64,000 nucleotides of DNA, taken from positions 4,622,585 to 4,686,584 of the forward strand of contig OY969798.1 of assembly GCA_963703165.1 (NCBI GenBank). Direction: 5' to 3'. Below are positions 36,369-49,849 of the stretch, in pieces. Positions within the stretch are counted from its first letter, which is position 1. The number at the start of each line of letters is the position of its first letter. The DNA comes from an uncultured Actinomycetota bacterium (GTDB lineage Bacteria; Actinomycetota; Actinomycetes; Sporichthyales; Sporichthyaceae). Below the pieces are notes generated by a model that had not been told where the DNA came from, ran no database searches, and saw only the letters and a list, made by a program, of their open reading frames with translations. A program made the translations under genes and the position numbers.

Positions 36369-36941
36369 ATGGTGCCTGCACGCGCCGAAGTGTCCGCGGT
36401 TCCTACGCCCGTACGCCCGGTGAGCACGATCGCGTCTGTCTTCCTTCGCCGCGTCGCTCGCCTTCGGCTTGCCCACCTCGCGGCAGGGTTGCTCGGGGCC
36501 GTCACAGCCGTCGGCATGACCGTCCTGCTGATCGTCGGGGCGTTCGCCGCTGCTCTGCTGGTCAGTCGGGTGCAGGACACCAGCCCTGGCGCCTTGGCCT
36601 CAGGCTTGGCCTCGGACGCCGCACCGGTCAGCGTCATCGGTGCTCTGCTGCTGTCCGCGATCGTGGTGACGGCCTTCGCCTGCGGCGGCTACGTCGCTGC
36701 CCGGCTGGCCGGTGGCGGCGCGCGGGCCCAGGCGGTGGCGGTGTGGACGTGGGCCGTCCTGCTCCCGGTGTTCTTCGCGCTCGCCGCGCTGCTGTCGTCC
36801 GCCCGCGACGTGGTCACCGCACTACGACCTGACGGTGCCGCGGCGCTGCTGATGGCGACCTTGGCCACGATGGCCCTGCTCGGTGCGCTGCTGGGCGGGG
36901 AGAGCGCCCGCCTGTCCTCACGGATCCAGGCCTGCGAATGA
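36369..36941 (+). CDS. hypothetical integral membrane protein
   Basis: Four or five hydrophobic helices. The stop overlaps the PBP start (ATGA). Confidence 0.45.
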   Translation: MVPARAEVSAVPTPVRPVSTIASVFLRRVARLRLAHLAAGLLGAVTAVGMTVLLIVGAFAAALLVSRVQDTSPGALASGLASDAAPVSVIGALLLSAIVVTAFACGGYVAARLAGGGARAQAVAVWTWAVLLPVFFALAALLSSARDVVTALRPDGAAALLMATLATMALLGALLGGESARLSSRIQACE

Positions 36942-39130
36942 GGCCCGACCGGTTCCGCCGGCGGGTCGCGGTGCTCGCGGCGGCGTTGCTGCTCCCGGCG
37001 ACCCTCTCGCTCTACTCGTTGACCAGTTCCGGCGCGGTCGCGCTGGCGGACTGGATGCCGGAGGACGCGCTCGGGGTCGAGTTGCCGGCCCGCTCGACGG
37101 TGTTGGCTGCCGACGGCTCGGTGCTGGCCACCTTCTTCGAACAGGACCGCATCCTGGTCGGGTTGGACGCGATCTCGCAGCCGATGAAGGACGCGGTCAT
37201 CGCCATCGAGGACGCGCGGTTCTACGAGCACGGGGCCCTCGACCCGGTCGCCCTGCTGCGCGCCGCGGCGGCGAACCTCGCCGCCGGCGAGGTCCGCGAG
37301 GGAGCGTCGACGCTCACTCAGCAGTACGCGAAGCAGGCCCTGGTCCACGAGGCCGACGACGACCAGGGGCGCAAGGCGGCCACCGAGATCAGCTTCTCGC
37401 GCAAGATGCGCGAACTCGGTCACGCGTTGGCCCTGGAGCAGGACCTCAGCAAGGACGAGATCCTCTCCCGGTACCTGAACATCGTGTACTTCGGGAACAG
37501 TGCCTGGGGGATCGAGGTCGCGGCACAGCGTTACTTCGGAATCCGGGCGATCGATCTCAGCGTGCCTCAGGCCGCTCTGTTGGCAGGCGTGATCAAGGGC
37601 CCCGTCAACTACGACCCGGTGGTGCACCCGCAGGCCGCGCTGGAGCGCCGCAACCTGGTGCTGGATCGGATGGTCGGGACGGGCGCCCTGGACCCGGCCA
37701 CAGCGAGCGCGTACAAGAACTCCGACCTCGGTCTGGAGGTGACCCGCCCGGAGCTCGGGTGCGCGGCGTCCGCGCATCCGTTCTTCTGTGACTACGTCCT
37801 GGCCGAGGTGCGGGCGATGCCGGCGCTCGGCAACACGTCGGCCGAACGCGTGCATCGCCTGCTGACTGGTGGGCTGACGGTGTACACCACCCTCGACCCG
37901 AAGATCCAGGACGGTGCGGACCGTGCCGTCCGCGCCCGGGTGCGTCCGGACCAGGAGCACGGCGCCGCGATCGTGATGACCGAACCCGGCACCGGGGCGG
38001 TGCGTGCCCTCGCGCTGAGCCGGGACTACGGCAAAGGCCCCGGGCGGACCGAGGTGAACTGGGCGTTGGACGCGACCCAGAGCGGCAGCCACGGATTCCA
38101 GGCCGGCTCGACCTTCAAACCGTTCCTGCTCGCCGCCGCCGCAGCCCGCGGCATCGGGCCGAAGACACGATTCGACGCCCCTGGCGCTGCCACGTTCACC
38201 GACTTCCGCCAGTGCGACGGCACGGCGAAGTTTCCCGCCTACCGCGTCGCGAACTATGACGGGCGGTCACACGGTCGCATCGACATGGCGACCGCGACGG
38301 TCCGGTCGGTCAACACCTGGTTCATGCGCCTGGAAGAACGGATCGGCCTCTGCGACGGTCCCGCGCTGGCCGAGAAGATGGGCCTGCGCCGAGCGGACGG
38401 GCAACCGCTGAGCCGGGTGCCGTCGTTCGTGCTCGGCGTCGACGAGGTGTCCCCGTTGCGGATGGCCGAGGCGTACGCGACCCTCGCCGCTCGGGGAAAC
38501 CACTGCACTTCCCACGCGATCTCCGCCATTCGAGATGCCTCCGGGAACGACCTGCCGGGAATCTCGCCGCACTGCGTGCAGGCGATGCCCCCCGATGAGG
38601 CGGACGCGGTCAGCGATCTGCTGCGCAAGGTCGTCGACGGCCCCGACACGCGACGAACCGGACGGGCGATGACCCTGGGCTCGGTGCGTGCTGCCGGCAA
38701 GACCGGCACCACCAACGACGCGACCGCCGTCTGGTTCGTCGGTTTCACCGACCGCCTCGCCACTGCGGTCTGGGCTGGGCACCCGGACGTGACGCGCCCG
38801 CTGCGCAACATCCGGGTCGGGGACCGGGTCTACGAGAAGCTCACCGGCGGCGCCCTGCCGGGGCCGATCTGGGCCGACGCCATGGCTGTCGCGCTCGACC
38901 TTCCCGCCGACGTCGCAGAACGCGAGGCCCTGGTTCCGCCGGAGCTTCTGGTGGCGCCCCCGAAGCCCGACAAGGACAAGGCGCGCCGACACGAGGACGA
39001 GTTCGAGGACTACGGCAACGGCCGTCAGCGAGATGGGGAAGACGAGCGGGACGAGGACTCCGAGGACGCCGACGACTACGAGCGCGCGGACTATCCCTGG
39101 GACTACTCCTGGCTGGACAACTTCGACTGA
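36938..39130 (+). CDS. ponA: class A penicillin-binding protein (glycosyltransferase plus transpeptidase, PBP1)
   Basis: GT51 motifs (AVIAIEDARFYEHGALD; GASTLTQQYAKQ). Transpeptidase motifs STFKP...SVN...KTGTT. N-terminal TM anchor. Acidic C-terminal tail. Confidence 0.85.
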   Translation: MRPDRFRRRVAVLAAALLLPATLSLYSLTSSGAVALADWMPEDALGVELPARSTVLAADGSVLATFFEQDRILVGLDAISQPMKDAVIAIEDARFYEHGALDPVALLRAAAANLAAGEVREGASTLTQQYAKQALVHEADDDQGRKAATEISFSRKMRELGHALALEQDLSKDEILSRYLNIVYFGNSAWGIEVAAQRYFGIRAIDLSVPQAALLAGVIKGPVNYDPVVHPQAALERRNLVLDRMVGTGALDPATASAYKNSDLGLEVTRPELGCAASAHPFFCDYVLAEVRAMPALGNTSAERVHRLLTGGLTVYTTLDPKIQDGADRAVRARVRPDQEHGAAIVMTEPGTGAVRALALSRDYGKGPGRTEVNWALDATQSGSHGFQAGSTFKPFLLAAAAARGIGPKTRFDAPGAATFTDFRQCDGTAKFPAYRVANYDGRSHGRIDMATATVRSVNTWFMRLEERIGLCDGPALAEKMGLRRADGQPLSRVPSFVLGVDEVSPLRMAEAYATLAARGNHCTSHAISAIRDASGNDLPGISPHCVQAMPPDEADAVSDLLRKVVDGPDTRRTGRAMTLGSVRAAGKTGTTNDATAVWFVGFTDRLATAVWAGHPDVTRPLRNIRVGDRVYEKLTGGALPGPIWADAMAVALDLPADVAEREALVPPELLVAPPKPDKDKARRHEDEFEDYGNGRQRDGEDERDEDSEDADDYERADYPWDYSWLDNFD

Positions 39131-39152
39131 GTGGTGCGATGTGCCCGCGCCG

Positions 39153-39959
39153 TCATGGTGCCGACGCCGCCGCGCTCGGTCCGTCAGCAGCGCCGTCCAG
39201 CACCGGGTTGCGCGAGCCACCGGGCAGCAGAGGCAGTTGGCCGGTGCGTTCCACATCGACGGCGATGTCGCGGAGCTTGCGGTTGAGCTGCTGGCTGGCT
39301 GCGCTCAACTGCGCGAAGGCCTGCTCCGACGTGATGAGCTGACGAGCCATCAGAATTCCCATGGCGGTGCCGATCTGGCGCGAGGACTGCAGGGCGGTCT
39401 CCAGGTTCGCCACGTCACGGGCATGCAGGGTGTTCTGCAGGGCCAGCGTGGCGAACGGGGCGAAAATTGCCCCCATCGCGCCGTCCAGCTCGGTGAAGGT
39501 GTCCAGTTCCTCGGAGTAGAAGTTCAGCGCTCCGCGGTCGTCGCCCGCGAGGATCAGCTTCACGCCGAGCATGCTGCGCACGGGGGTCTGCTCCACGCAC
39601 GCGCGCGTGAACGTCGGCCATCGGTCGTCGGTGATCAGATCGGGGGAACGCACGACCTCGCCGGACTGCGGGTCGTCCTCGCTCGCCTGCAGACAGGGAC
39701 CCTCGCCGGTGGCGTACTGCAGGGCATCCACCTGCAGGGGGACCGGTCCGGTGGCGGCGACCGTCTCCGGGCGGCGATTCGGCCGGATCAGGGTCAGACC
39801 GCAGTGCTGCGCGCTGGGCACAGCCCGCGCGGCGAACTGCACGACTCGATCGGGCGTCAAGGGCCCGCTTCGTGCGGCGACCGACAGGGCGGCCGCAAGC
39901 TCATCGAAGTGCTCGCTGAGCTGCCCCGACAGGGCGGCGTCGTCCTTCGGGCTGGACAT
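39153..39959 (-). CDS. GAF-ANTAR RNA-binding regulator (second paralog)
   Basis: GAF domain plus ANTAR (SRQIGTAMGILMARQLITSEQAFAQLSAASQQLNRKLRDIAVDV). ATG at 39959. Confidence 0.7.
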   Translation of the reverse strand: MSSPKDDAALSGQLSEHFDELAAALSVAARSGPLTPDRVVQFAARAVPSAQHCGLTLIRPNRRPETVAATGPVPLQVDALQYATGEGPCLQASEDDPQSGEVVRSPDLITDDRWPTFTRACVEQTPVRSMLGVKLILAGDDRGALNFYSEELDTFTELDGAMGAIFAPFATLALQNTLHARDVANLETALQSSRQIGTAMGILMARQLITSEQAFAQLSAASQQLNRKLRDIAVDVERTGQLPLLPGGSRNPVLDGAADGPSAAASAP

Positions 39960-40063
39960 GTCTCGACCTTCTGCGCTTCTGAGGAACCGGGTGCCGCGGT
40001 TGGTTCCACGGTGGGCACTGCGCGCGACAGCGTAGCCGGCCGCCGGTTTTCCTGCGGGGGCAC

Positions 40064-41902
40064 CTACGCAGGTTCGAAGGCTCCGGCGGCGCAGCGGTCG
40101 GGGCCACCGCTGCCGGGGCGGGCGACTCCGCGTTGGTCGGTGCCGAAGGCTCCGGTGCACAGGCCGCTGAGCACGGTCACGGCGGTGGCCGCCGGGCTGT
40201 CCGGGGCGACCGCGCGGGTGCGGGTGAGTCCACCGTTGTTCGCGAGCCCGCCCAGGCCGGCTCCGACCTCGGGGATGACGCGGCTTCCGGCGCCTGCGCG
40301 GACGCACGTCGTGTCGGAGGCGACGTTCCACCCGGCATCGATCAGTGGCGCGTTGAGCAGCAGGCAGTCGCTCGAGGTCCCGTTGTCGAACAGCGAGGCC
40401 GCCAGCGTCGTCGGGGCGTTGCTCACCAGACCCGCGGCGGTCTCGCTGGGCATTCCCGAGGTCCCCGAGGTGCTGCCCTTGCCTCCTGCGCCTGCCGCGC
40501 CGCCGAGGGCGCCGACGTTGGCCACGGCCGTCACGTGCATCGCGCTGTTGGTCATCGTCGCTGTGGGCCCGGCCAACATGATCAGGCCCGCAGCGACACT
40601 GCCGCCATCCCCACCGTCGCCGCCGGCCCTGGACCGCCCGACCCGCGCCAGGCCCGCCCGCCCGCCGGCGCCACCGGCTCCGGCGCGGTTGCCGCTGAAC
40701 GTGCTGTCGGAGAACCCGGTCACGGCCACGGTGCTCGAGGTGGTGGCCACGGTGCCCATGGCGGCGCCGCCGTTGCCACCGCGTCCGCCGTTGCCCGCGG
40801 GCAGGTAGGGGGAGGAGGTCCCACCCGGTCCGCCCACTCCGCCGACCGCGCCGCGGTGTCCGGACAGCGTGCTGCCGTCGACGGACAACTGCGGGCCCAG
40901 GTAGCTGATCCCGACGGCATCCCCGCCCTGACCGCCCTCGCCGCCGCTCGCGCCAGGCTTGCCCGCCACACCCTTGCCGCCGCGGCCGCCCCGGTTCCCG
41001 CTCAGTTCGGAATCGACGAACTCAGCTTTCGCGTCCGGTGCCGCCGTGTGGATGGTGGTCGAGTACGCGTCGCCGCCCCCGGCTCCGGTCCCGCCTCGCC
41101 CGCCGCGCAGGCCGCCGATCTCGCTCGCGACGACCCGCAGGCGACCGTCGGTGTTGACCCCGATCGCGGAGCCCCCCGCGCCGCCCAGCAGCGCGCTACG
41201 TGGACCGCGCGACCCGGAGCCGCCCGCGCCGCCACGCAGGTCGGTGATCCGCACGCCGTGGAGTTCCGTCGGACCGCCGATGCGGTCGATTCCGTACACC
41301 GATCCGCCCTCGCCTCCGGTGGTGTCCGTGGCGGCAGCGCCCTGTCCCCCGGTCAGTCGGTCGATGCGGACGTCGCTCACCTGCAGCAGGGCGGTTCCCG
41401 CCGCCTTGATGCCGGTCACGTAGGACCCGTGCCCGCCGCTGCCCGGCACCGCGTCGAAGCCGTGACCGGTGATCCGCAGCCCCTCCACGCGGACCGGGCG
41501 CTCGAAACCGGCGGCGATGGTCAGGGCCACCACTTCGGTGCTCTCGGGCAGCGGGGCCAGCAGGGTCGTGGCCGCGGAGCCGGCGCCGGCGATCGCCAAC
41601 GAGGCGAGCGACCCACGGCTGATGTGCACGCCGCCGTCGCGGGCGAAGAACGTGCCCGGTCCGATGCGGATGACGACGTCCCGCCCGGTCGCGGCGGGAC
41701 CCGCCGCGAGGTCGACGGCCTGCTGCAGATTGCGGCACGCGTGCGTCGAATCAAGGCAGTCGTTGTCCTGGGATCCCTCGCTCGCGACGAAAAGTTCGTA
41801 CGGGATCACAGCGGCCGACGCCGACGTCACGGGCAGCCCGGCGATGAGCATCGCGGCCAGCGCGATCACCGTTCGACGAATCCTGAGGGGGGCAGGGATC
41901 AC
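40064..41902 (-). CDS. secreted Gly-rich right-handed beta-helix protein (choice-of-anchor-Q-like)
   Basis: The GTG at 41902 gives signal peptide VIPAPLRIRRTVIALAAMLIAGLPVTSASA. Then an N-terminal CxxxxC module, long GGxGGxG-type repeats, and the C-terminus CAAGAFEPA. Confidence 0.5.
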   Translation of the reverse strand: MIPAPLRIRRTVIALAAMLIAGLPVTSASAAVIPYELFVASEGSQDNDCLDSTHACRNLQQAVDLAAGPAATGRDVVIRIGPGTFFARDGGVHISRGSLASLAIAGAGSAATTLLAPLPESTEVVALTIAAGFERPVRVEGLRITGHGFDAVPGSGGHGSYVTGIKAAGTALLQVSDVRIDRLTGGQGAAATDTTGGEGGSVYGIDRIGGPTELHGVRITDLRGGAGGSGSRGPRSALLGGAGGSAIGVNTDGRLRVVASEIGGLRGGRGGTGAGGGDAYSTTIHTAAPDAKAEFVDSELSGNRGGRGGKGVAGKPGASGGEGGQGGDAVGISYLGPQLSVDGSTLSGHRGAVGGVGGPGGTSSPYLPAGNGGRGGNGGAAMGTVATTSSTVAVTGFSDSTFSGNRAGAGGAGGRAGLARVGRSRAGGDGGDGGSVAAGLIMLAGPTATMTNSAMHVTAVANVGALGGAAGAGGKGSTSGTSGMPSETAAGLVSNAPTTLAASLFDNGTSSDCLLLNAPLIDAGWNVASDTTCVRAGAGSRVIPEVGAGLGGLANNGGLTRTRAVAPDSPAATAVTVLSGLCTGAFGTDQRGVARPGSGGPDRCAAGAFEPA

Positions 41903-42117
41903 CCAGTAGGGACGCGGCGCGCGGGCGCTCGGTGCCGTCGCTCGCCCAAGTGGGGCCGTGTAGGTGACGGGACATGTCCGGAACGTGCGGGCGTGACGGA
42001 TCGGTCCCTCACCGCCCTTGTTCGCCGAACCTCCGGCCCCCACTGATGATCTTGGCAGCGCGGGATGTCCTCTGTCGGCCTCAAGATCACCTGCAGTGTC
42101 CAAAATCCGCACGTGGC

Positions 42118-43776
42118 TCAGCAGGCCGGGCGGGTGGTCATCGCTCCGCACAGATCGCCGTCCGATCGACCGTCCGGGGCCTCGTCGTCCCCGCCGTCGC
42201 CGGATGGTCCGGAACCCCCGCCGCCCGACATGCTCGGGGTGGGTTCGAACGCGCCGGCAGCGCAGGGGGAGCCCAGCCGTGGCACTCCGCGTTGGTCGGC
42301 TCCCTCGCACAGCGGCCCGTCGGTCACCGCGGTGGCGGCGATGCTGTCGCGCCGGATGGAAATGGTGCGGGTCGTTCCGGGCGGGTTCGGTGCCAACGCC
42401 CCCAGGACGTTGTCTCCGGAGAACACGACCCCGAACTCGGTCGTGTCGGGCACGGAGACGGTGGTGAAGGGGCACGGTCCCACGCCGATCACGTTGAACC
42501 CACCGTCGCTGAGGATGTCCAGGTTCGGATCGGCAACCTGGCAGTTGACCTGATTGCTCAGCAGCGACGCCGACATGATGACGGTGGACGGCTGGATCAC
42601 GTTGCCGCCGATCACAAGACCGGCGTCGTAGACGGCATCGGCACCGGGGGCGCCCAGAGAACCGCCCGCGCCGCCCGAGCCGACGGGCCCGGCGGCGTTG
42701 TTCACGATCGTCACATGGCGGAGGTCGCCGTTGCCGGCGTCCTCGACCCATACCCCAGCACCTGATCCGGCTTGACCGCCCGCACCGCCGGGAGCGGTCG
42801 TGGCCGCTCCGCCCGTTCCGCCCGCTCCGCCGGCGTTGAACGCGAACGTGCTGTCGGTGACGTCGACGGCCGCCCCGTCGACGTAGAGGCCGGCACCGTC
42901 CCCGCCCCCGCCGCCCGCCCCGCCGAGAACTGCGTTGGTGGACTGGGCCCCGCCGTCCCCGCCCGCGCCGCCGACGATCGAGGCGAAGGTCGAGTTGTCG
43001 ATGGTGAGGGCGCCGGTGCCGAAGTGATCGACCCCGTAGGCGTCCCCGCCGAGCCCGCCCGGGTCGCCCTCCGTGCCGCCCTCGCCCGCCCCCGCTGCAC
43101 CGCCGACCACATCTCTGATCTCGGTGTTGGTGATCTCGACAGGACTCGTGCCGCCGATGGAGATCCCGATGGTGTCGCCGCCCCCCTCGCCCGCACCGTT
43201 CAGCCCCTCTTCGTCCCTACCGTCCCCGCCGGCGAGGTCCTCGATGAGCACACCGCGGACGGTTGCCAGGCTGCCGCCGTAACCGGCGCGAATGCCGGTC
43301 ACGTCAGCGCGGAAGCCGGGGGTCCCGCCGGCGGCGATGCGCAGGTCGGCGATGGTGACCGGAAAGTTGGCGCTGTCCTCGACCGCCGTGTAGGCGAAGC
43401 TGCCGTACACCGCGGTCCGTAACGTCGTGCCCACCAGGGGGTTGTCGTCGGTACCCGCACCGATGATGGTCAGCGACTGGACGCTGCCCTCGTCGGTGGG
43501 GATGCGGACCGTAAATTCTGGGACGTAGTCGCCGGCCGCGATCCGGATGGTGATGTCGCCCGTCAGGTCGAGGGCCTCGTTCACGGCATGCTGGACGGTG
43601 GCGCAGGGATCCGCCGCGACCTGGCAGTTGTTGGTCGTGTCGCTGCCGGTGTCGTCGACCCAGAGCGTCTCGTTCGCCGCGTACGCCGAGGGGGCGAACA
43701 GGGCGCCCAGGCCCGCAATGGAAAGAGTGACGACGAGACCGGTGGCGGGACGGCGACGCGCGTGAGACTGAGGCAT
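42118..43776 (-). CDS. secreted Gly-rich right-handed beta-helix protein (paralog of 40064..41902)
   Basis: Signal peptide MPQSHARRRPATGLVVTLSIAGLGALFAPSAYA. N-terminus LWVDDTGSDTTNNCQVAADPCATVQHAVNEA. GGAGG repeats. ...CAAGAFEP followed by a Gly/Ser tail. Confidence 0.55.
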   Translation of the reverse strand: MPQSHARRRPATGLVVTLSIAGLGALFAPSAYAANETLWVDDTGSDTTNNCQVAADPCATVQHAVNEALDLTGDITIRIAAGDYVPEFTVRIPTDEGSVQSLTIIGAGTDDNPLVGTTLRTAVYGSFAYTAVEDSANFPVTIADLRIAAGGTPGFRADVTGIRAGYGGSLATVRGVLIEDLAGGDGRDEEGLNGAGEGGGDTIGISIGGTSPVEITNTEIRDVVGGAAGAGEGGTEGDPGGLGGDAYGVDHFGTGALTIDNSTFASIVGGAGGDGGAQSTNAVLGGAGGGGGDGAGLYVDGAAVDVTDSTFAFNAGGAGGTGGAATTAPGGAGGQAGSGAGVWVEDAGNGDLRHVTIVNNAAGPVGSGGAGGSLGAPGADAVYDAGLVIGGNVIQPSTVIMSASLLSNQVNCQVADPNLDILSDGGFNVIGVGPCPFTTVSVPDTTEFGVVFSGDNVLGALAPNPPGTTRTISIRRDSIAATAVTDGPLCEGADQRGVPRLGSPCAAGAFEPTPSMSGGGGSGPSGDGGDDEAPDGRSDGDLCGAMTTRPAC

Positions 43777-43834
43777 TGCCGGATGGTGGGACCTGAGGGA
43801 GCCTCAGGAAAGGGCCGAGCGGGTGGTACCGATG

Positions 43835-47458
<3,624 letters not shown>

Positions 47459-47469
47459 GTGGCGTCCTG

Positions 47470-47625
47470 TCTCGGGGTCCGCGCCCCGGATCGGCGGATC
47501 GGCGACCGGGAGTTCCTGGCTTCCGGGCTGGGCCCGGTCACAGTCGCGGGACGGCACCGGCCTCGAACCGGTTTCCTCCGCTGGTCGTCGATGAACTGCG
47601 GCAACTCTGACACACCGGCCAGTCG
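47470..47625 (-). promoter_or_regulatory. candidate cobalamin (B12) riboswitch in the cobN 5' leader
   Basis: Minus-strand leader: GGAGGAAACCGGTTCGAGGCCGGTGCCGTCCCGCGACTGTGACCGGGCCCAGCCCGGAAGCCAGGAACTCCCGG. The core GGAA.CCGGT..GA..CCGG..C.GTCCCGC.ACTGT and a B12-box-like GCCAGGAACTCCC follow the cobalamin riboswitch consensus. Confidence 0.5.
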
Positions 47626-47699
47626 GGCCCCGCGTCTACGCTGGGGCTGCGGCGCCTTGCGACCGCGGCGAGCAGGAGAACGGGTCAGGAGCGCGACGG

Positions 47700-48272
47700 A
47701 TGTCGTTGTCGGTGGTGAGTGACACGCTCACGCGGGAGCAGCTCGCGCGGGGGGCGTCGGTTCGCATACCGATGACGTGGGAAGAGTGGCAGGCCCTCGG
47801 CGAGACCAAGCACTTCGAATGGTCCGAGGGAGTCCTGTACGTGAACCCGCCGAATCGTTGGCATGTACTCGTGGCCAAGCGCCTCACTCGCCTGCTGGAC
47901 GACGTCGCCCCACCGGGGACGGTCGCCTACCCGGAGTGGGGACTGCGCACGACCGGTGGCGACTTCGAACCGGACATCATGCTTGCGGCCGAGGACCAAG
48001 CCGACGTCGAGCATTACACGACGGTGATACCTCTGCTCGTGGTGGAGGTCGGGTCGCCCACCACTCGCGATCTGGACAAACAATTGAAGTTCTCGGCCTA
48101 CGCGCAAGCAGGCGTCTCCTGGTACTGGATTGTCGATCGCGACCTGCTCACCGTGTACGAGAACGTCGACGGCACGTTCGTGGAGCGCCAGCGGGTCGAG
48201 GCCGGTTCGCCGCAGAACACGGTGGGGCCCGTCGGTCTGCTGCTCGACCCGAGCACCCTCACCGACCGCTGA
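47700..48272 (+). CDS. Uma2-family (DUF820) PD-(D/E)XK endonuclease
   Basis: Typical Uma2 layout (EWQALGETKHFEWSEGVLYVNPP...PDIMLAAED...LLVVEVGSPTTRDLD...KFSAYAQAGVSWYWIVD). Confidence 0.65.
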   Translation: MSLSVVSDTLTREQLARGASVRIPMTWEEWQALGETKHFEWSEGVLYVNPPNRWHVLVAKRLTRLLDDVAPPGTVAYPEWGLRTTGGDFEPDIMLAAEDQADVEHYTTVIPLLVVEVGSPTTRDLDKQLKFSAYAQAGVSWYWIVDRDLLTVYENVDGTFVERQRVEAGSPQNTVGPVGLLLDPSTLTDR

Positions 48273-48319
48273 CTTCTGCGGCGGGCGATGGCGTGGCTAC
48301 TCCTCCGTAGGATTCGGGG

Positions 48320-49213
48320 GTGACCGCCCCCTCCACCCGCCGCTCCGGGCCCGACCTCTGTCCTGGGGTCCGGTCCGTGTGGTCGGCGGCCGACGGGGGA
48401 CTGGCGCGGGTCCGGATCCCCGGCGGGCGACTCTCCGCCGATCAGCTGCGCCTGCTTGCCGACGCTGCTGACGACCTCGGCAACGGGCTCCTGGAGCTCA
48501 CCGTCCGCGCGAACGTGCAGGTCCGCGGGTTGAGTGCCGGGCGTGAGCAGGATCTCGCTGCCAGGTTGCGGGTCGGCGGACTGCTGCCCAGCGACACCCA
48601 CGACCGCGTCCGCAACATTCTCGGCTCGCCGCTGGCCGGCGGCGGACGGTCGCGGACCTGATCTCTACCCTCGACGAGGAACTCTGCGACCGGCCCGCGC
48701 TCGAGGCGCTGCCCGGCCGATTCCTCTTCGCCCTCGATGACGGCTCAGCCGACGTCGCCGCGCTCGGGGCGGACGTCGGGGCCGATCGTCGTCGGGGGGT
48801 CTGTTCGCGCTGCTGCTCGGTGGCGCGCCGTGCGGCCGGTGGGTCGCTGCACGAGGACGTCGTCGCGACGCTGCTGGCGGCCGCCGAGGCGTTCCTCGAC
48901 GAACGCGGTGCGCAGTGCTCGCCGGCCTGGCGTCTCGCCGGAATTGACTGACGGACCGTCACGGGTGCTCGCAGGCGTCGCCCAGCGTGTGTCGCTGGCT
49001 GACGCAGGAACGGCGGTTCCCGACCTGTCGGAGCCGAACGCGCCGAGCGGTCCCGAGGTCGTCGAGGTGCCGGACGGCAGGCTGACCAGTGCGCGGGCCC
49101 GGGAGATCGCGGCCATGGGCGACGACCTTCGGGTGACGCCGTGGCGCAGCATCGTCGTGCCGGCGCCTGTTGACCGCAGGGAACACGCATCGCAAGGTGG
49201 GGGAGTGAAGTGA
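48320..49213 (+). pseudogene. cobG: precorrin-3B synthase CobG, multiply frame-switched and/or truncated
   Basis: N-terminal segment GGLARVRIPGGRLSADQLRLLADAADDLGNGLLELTVRANVQVRGL (48320..48661). The middle segment TVADLISTLDEELCDRPALEALPGRFLFALDDGSADVAALGADVG is readable only in another frame. The C-terminal segment VPDGRLTSARAREIAAMGDDLRVTPWRSIVVPA is back in the first frame. Total length is only about 298 codons. Its stop overlaps the cobH start (GTGA). Confidence 0.45.
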
Positions 49214-49849
49214 GTACCGAGTTGGACTACGTGCGCGACGGGACGGAGATCTACCGCCGCTCGTTCGCGACCATCCGGGCCGAGGCGAACCTCGACCGGC
49301 TGCCGCCGGACGTCGCGCAGGTCGCCGTGCGCATGATTCATGCGTGCGGCATGGTCGACCTCGTCGATGATCTGAGGTGGAGTCAGAACGTGGTGGGTGC
49401 CGCGCGGGCGGCCCTCCGCAACGGTGCTCCGATCCTGTGTGACGCGACCATGGTGGCGTCCGGTATCACCCGCAAGCGGTTGCCCGCCGACAACGAGATC
49501 CTCTGTCTGCTCAGCGACCCGCAGGTTCCCGAGCTGGCCGCGGCGATGGGCAACACGCGTTCGGCTGCCGCCGTCGATCTGTGGGGCGACCGCCTGGGCG
49601 GTGCGGTGGTGGCCTTCGGCAATGCGCCCACTGCCCTGTTCCGACTGCTGGAGCTGCTCGCCGACGGCGCCCCGCGTCCGGCCGCGGTGCTCGGGCTGCC
49701 CGTCGGCTTCATCGGGGCCGCGGAGTCCAAGGACGCGTTGGCGGCAAGTCGACCAGGAGTACCTGCTGGTTCGTGGTCGCCGCGGGGGATCGGCCATGGC
49801 CGTCGCCGCCATCAATGCCATCGCCCACGAGCAGGAGCTGCCGGTATGA
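49210..49849 (+). CDS. cobH: precorrin-8X methylmutase CobH (1-nt frame switch near 49745)
   Basis: The first about 178 aa ([55 protein letters not shown]...) are in the 49210 frame. The conserved C-terminus [28 protein letters not shown] is in the 49397..49849 frame, and its TGA overlaps the cobIJ ATG. Confidence 0.65.

Noticed and set aside
40064-43776. Possibility that the Gly-rich genes are PE_PGRS family members
   Set aside because: There is no PE domain (no about 100-aa N-terminal PE helix pair). Instead there are classical Sec signal peptides and a Cys-containing N-terminal module. The Gly repeats are interpreted as beta-helix rungs.
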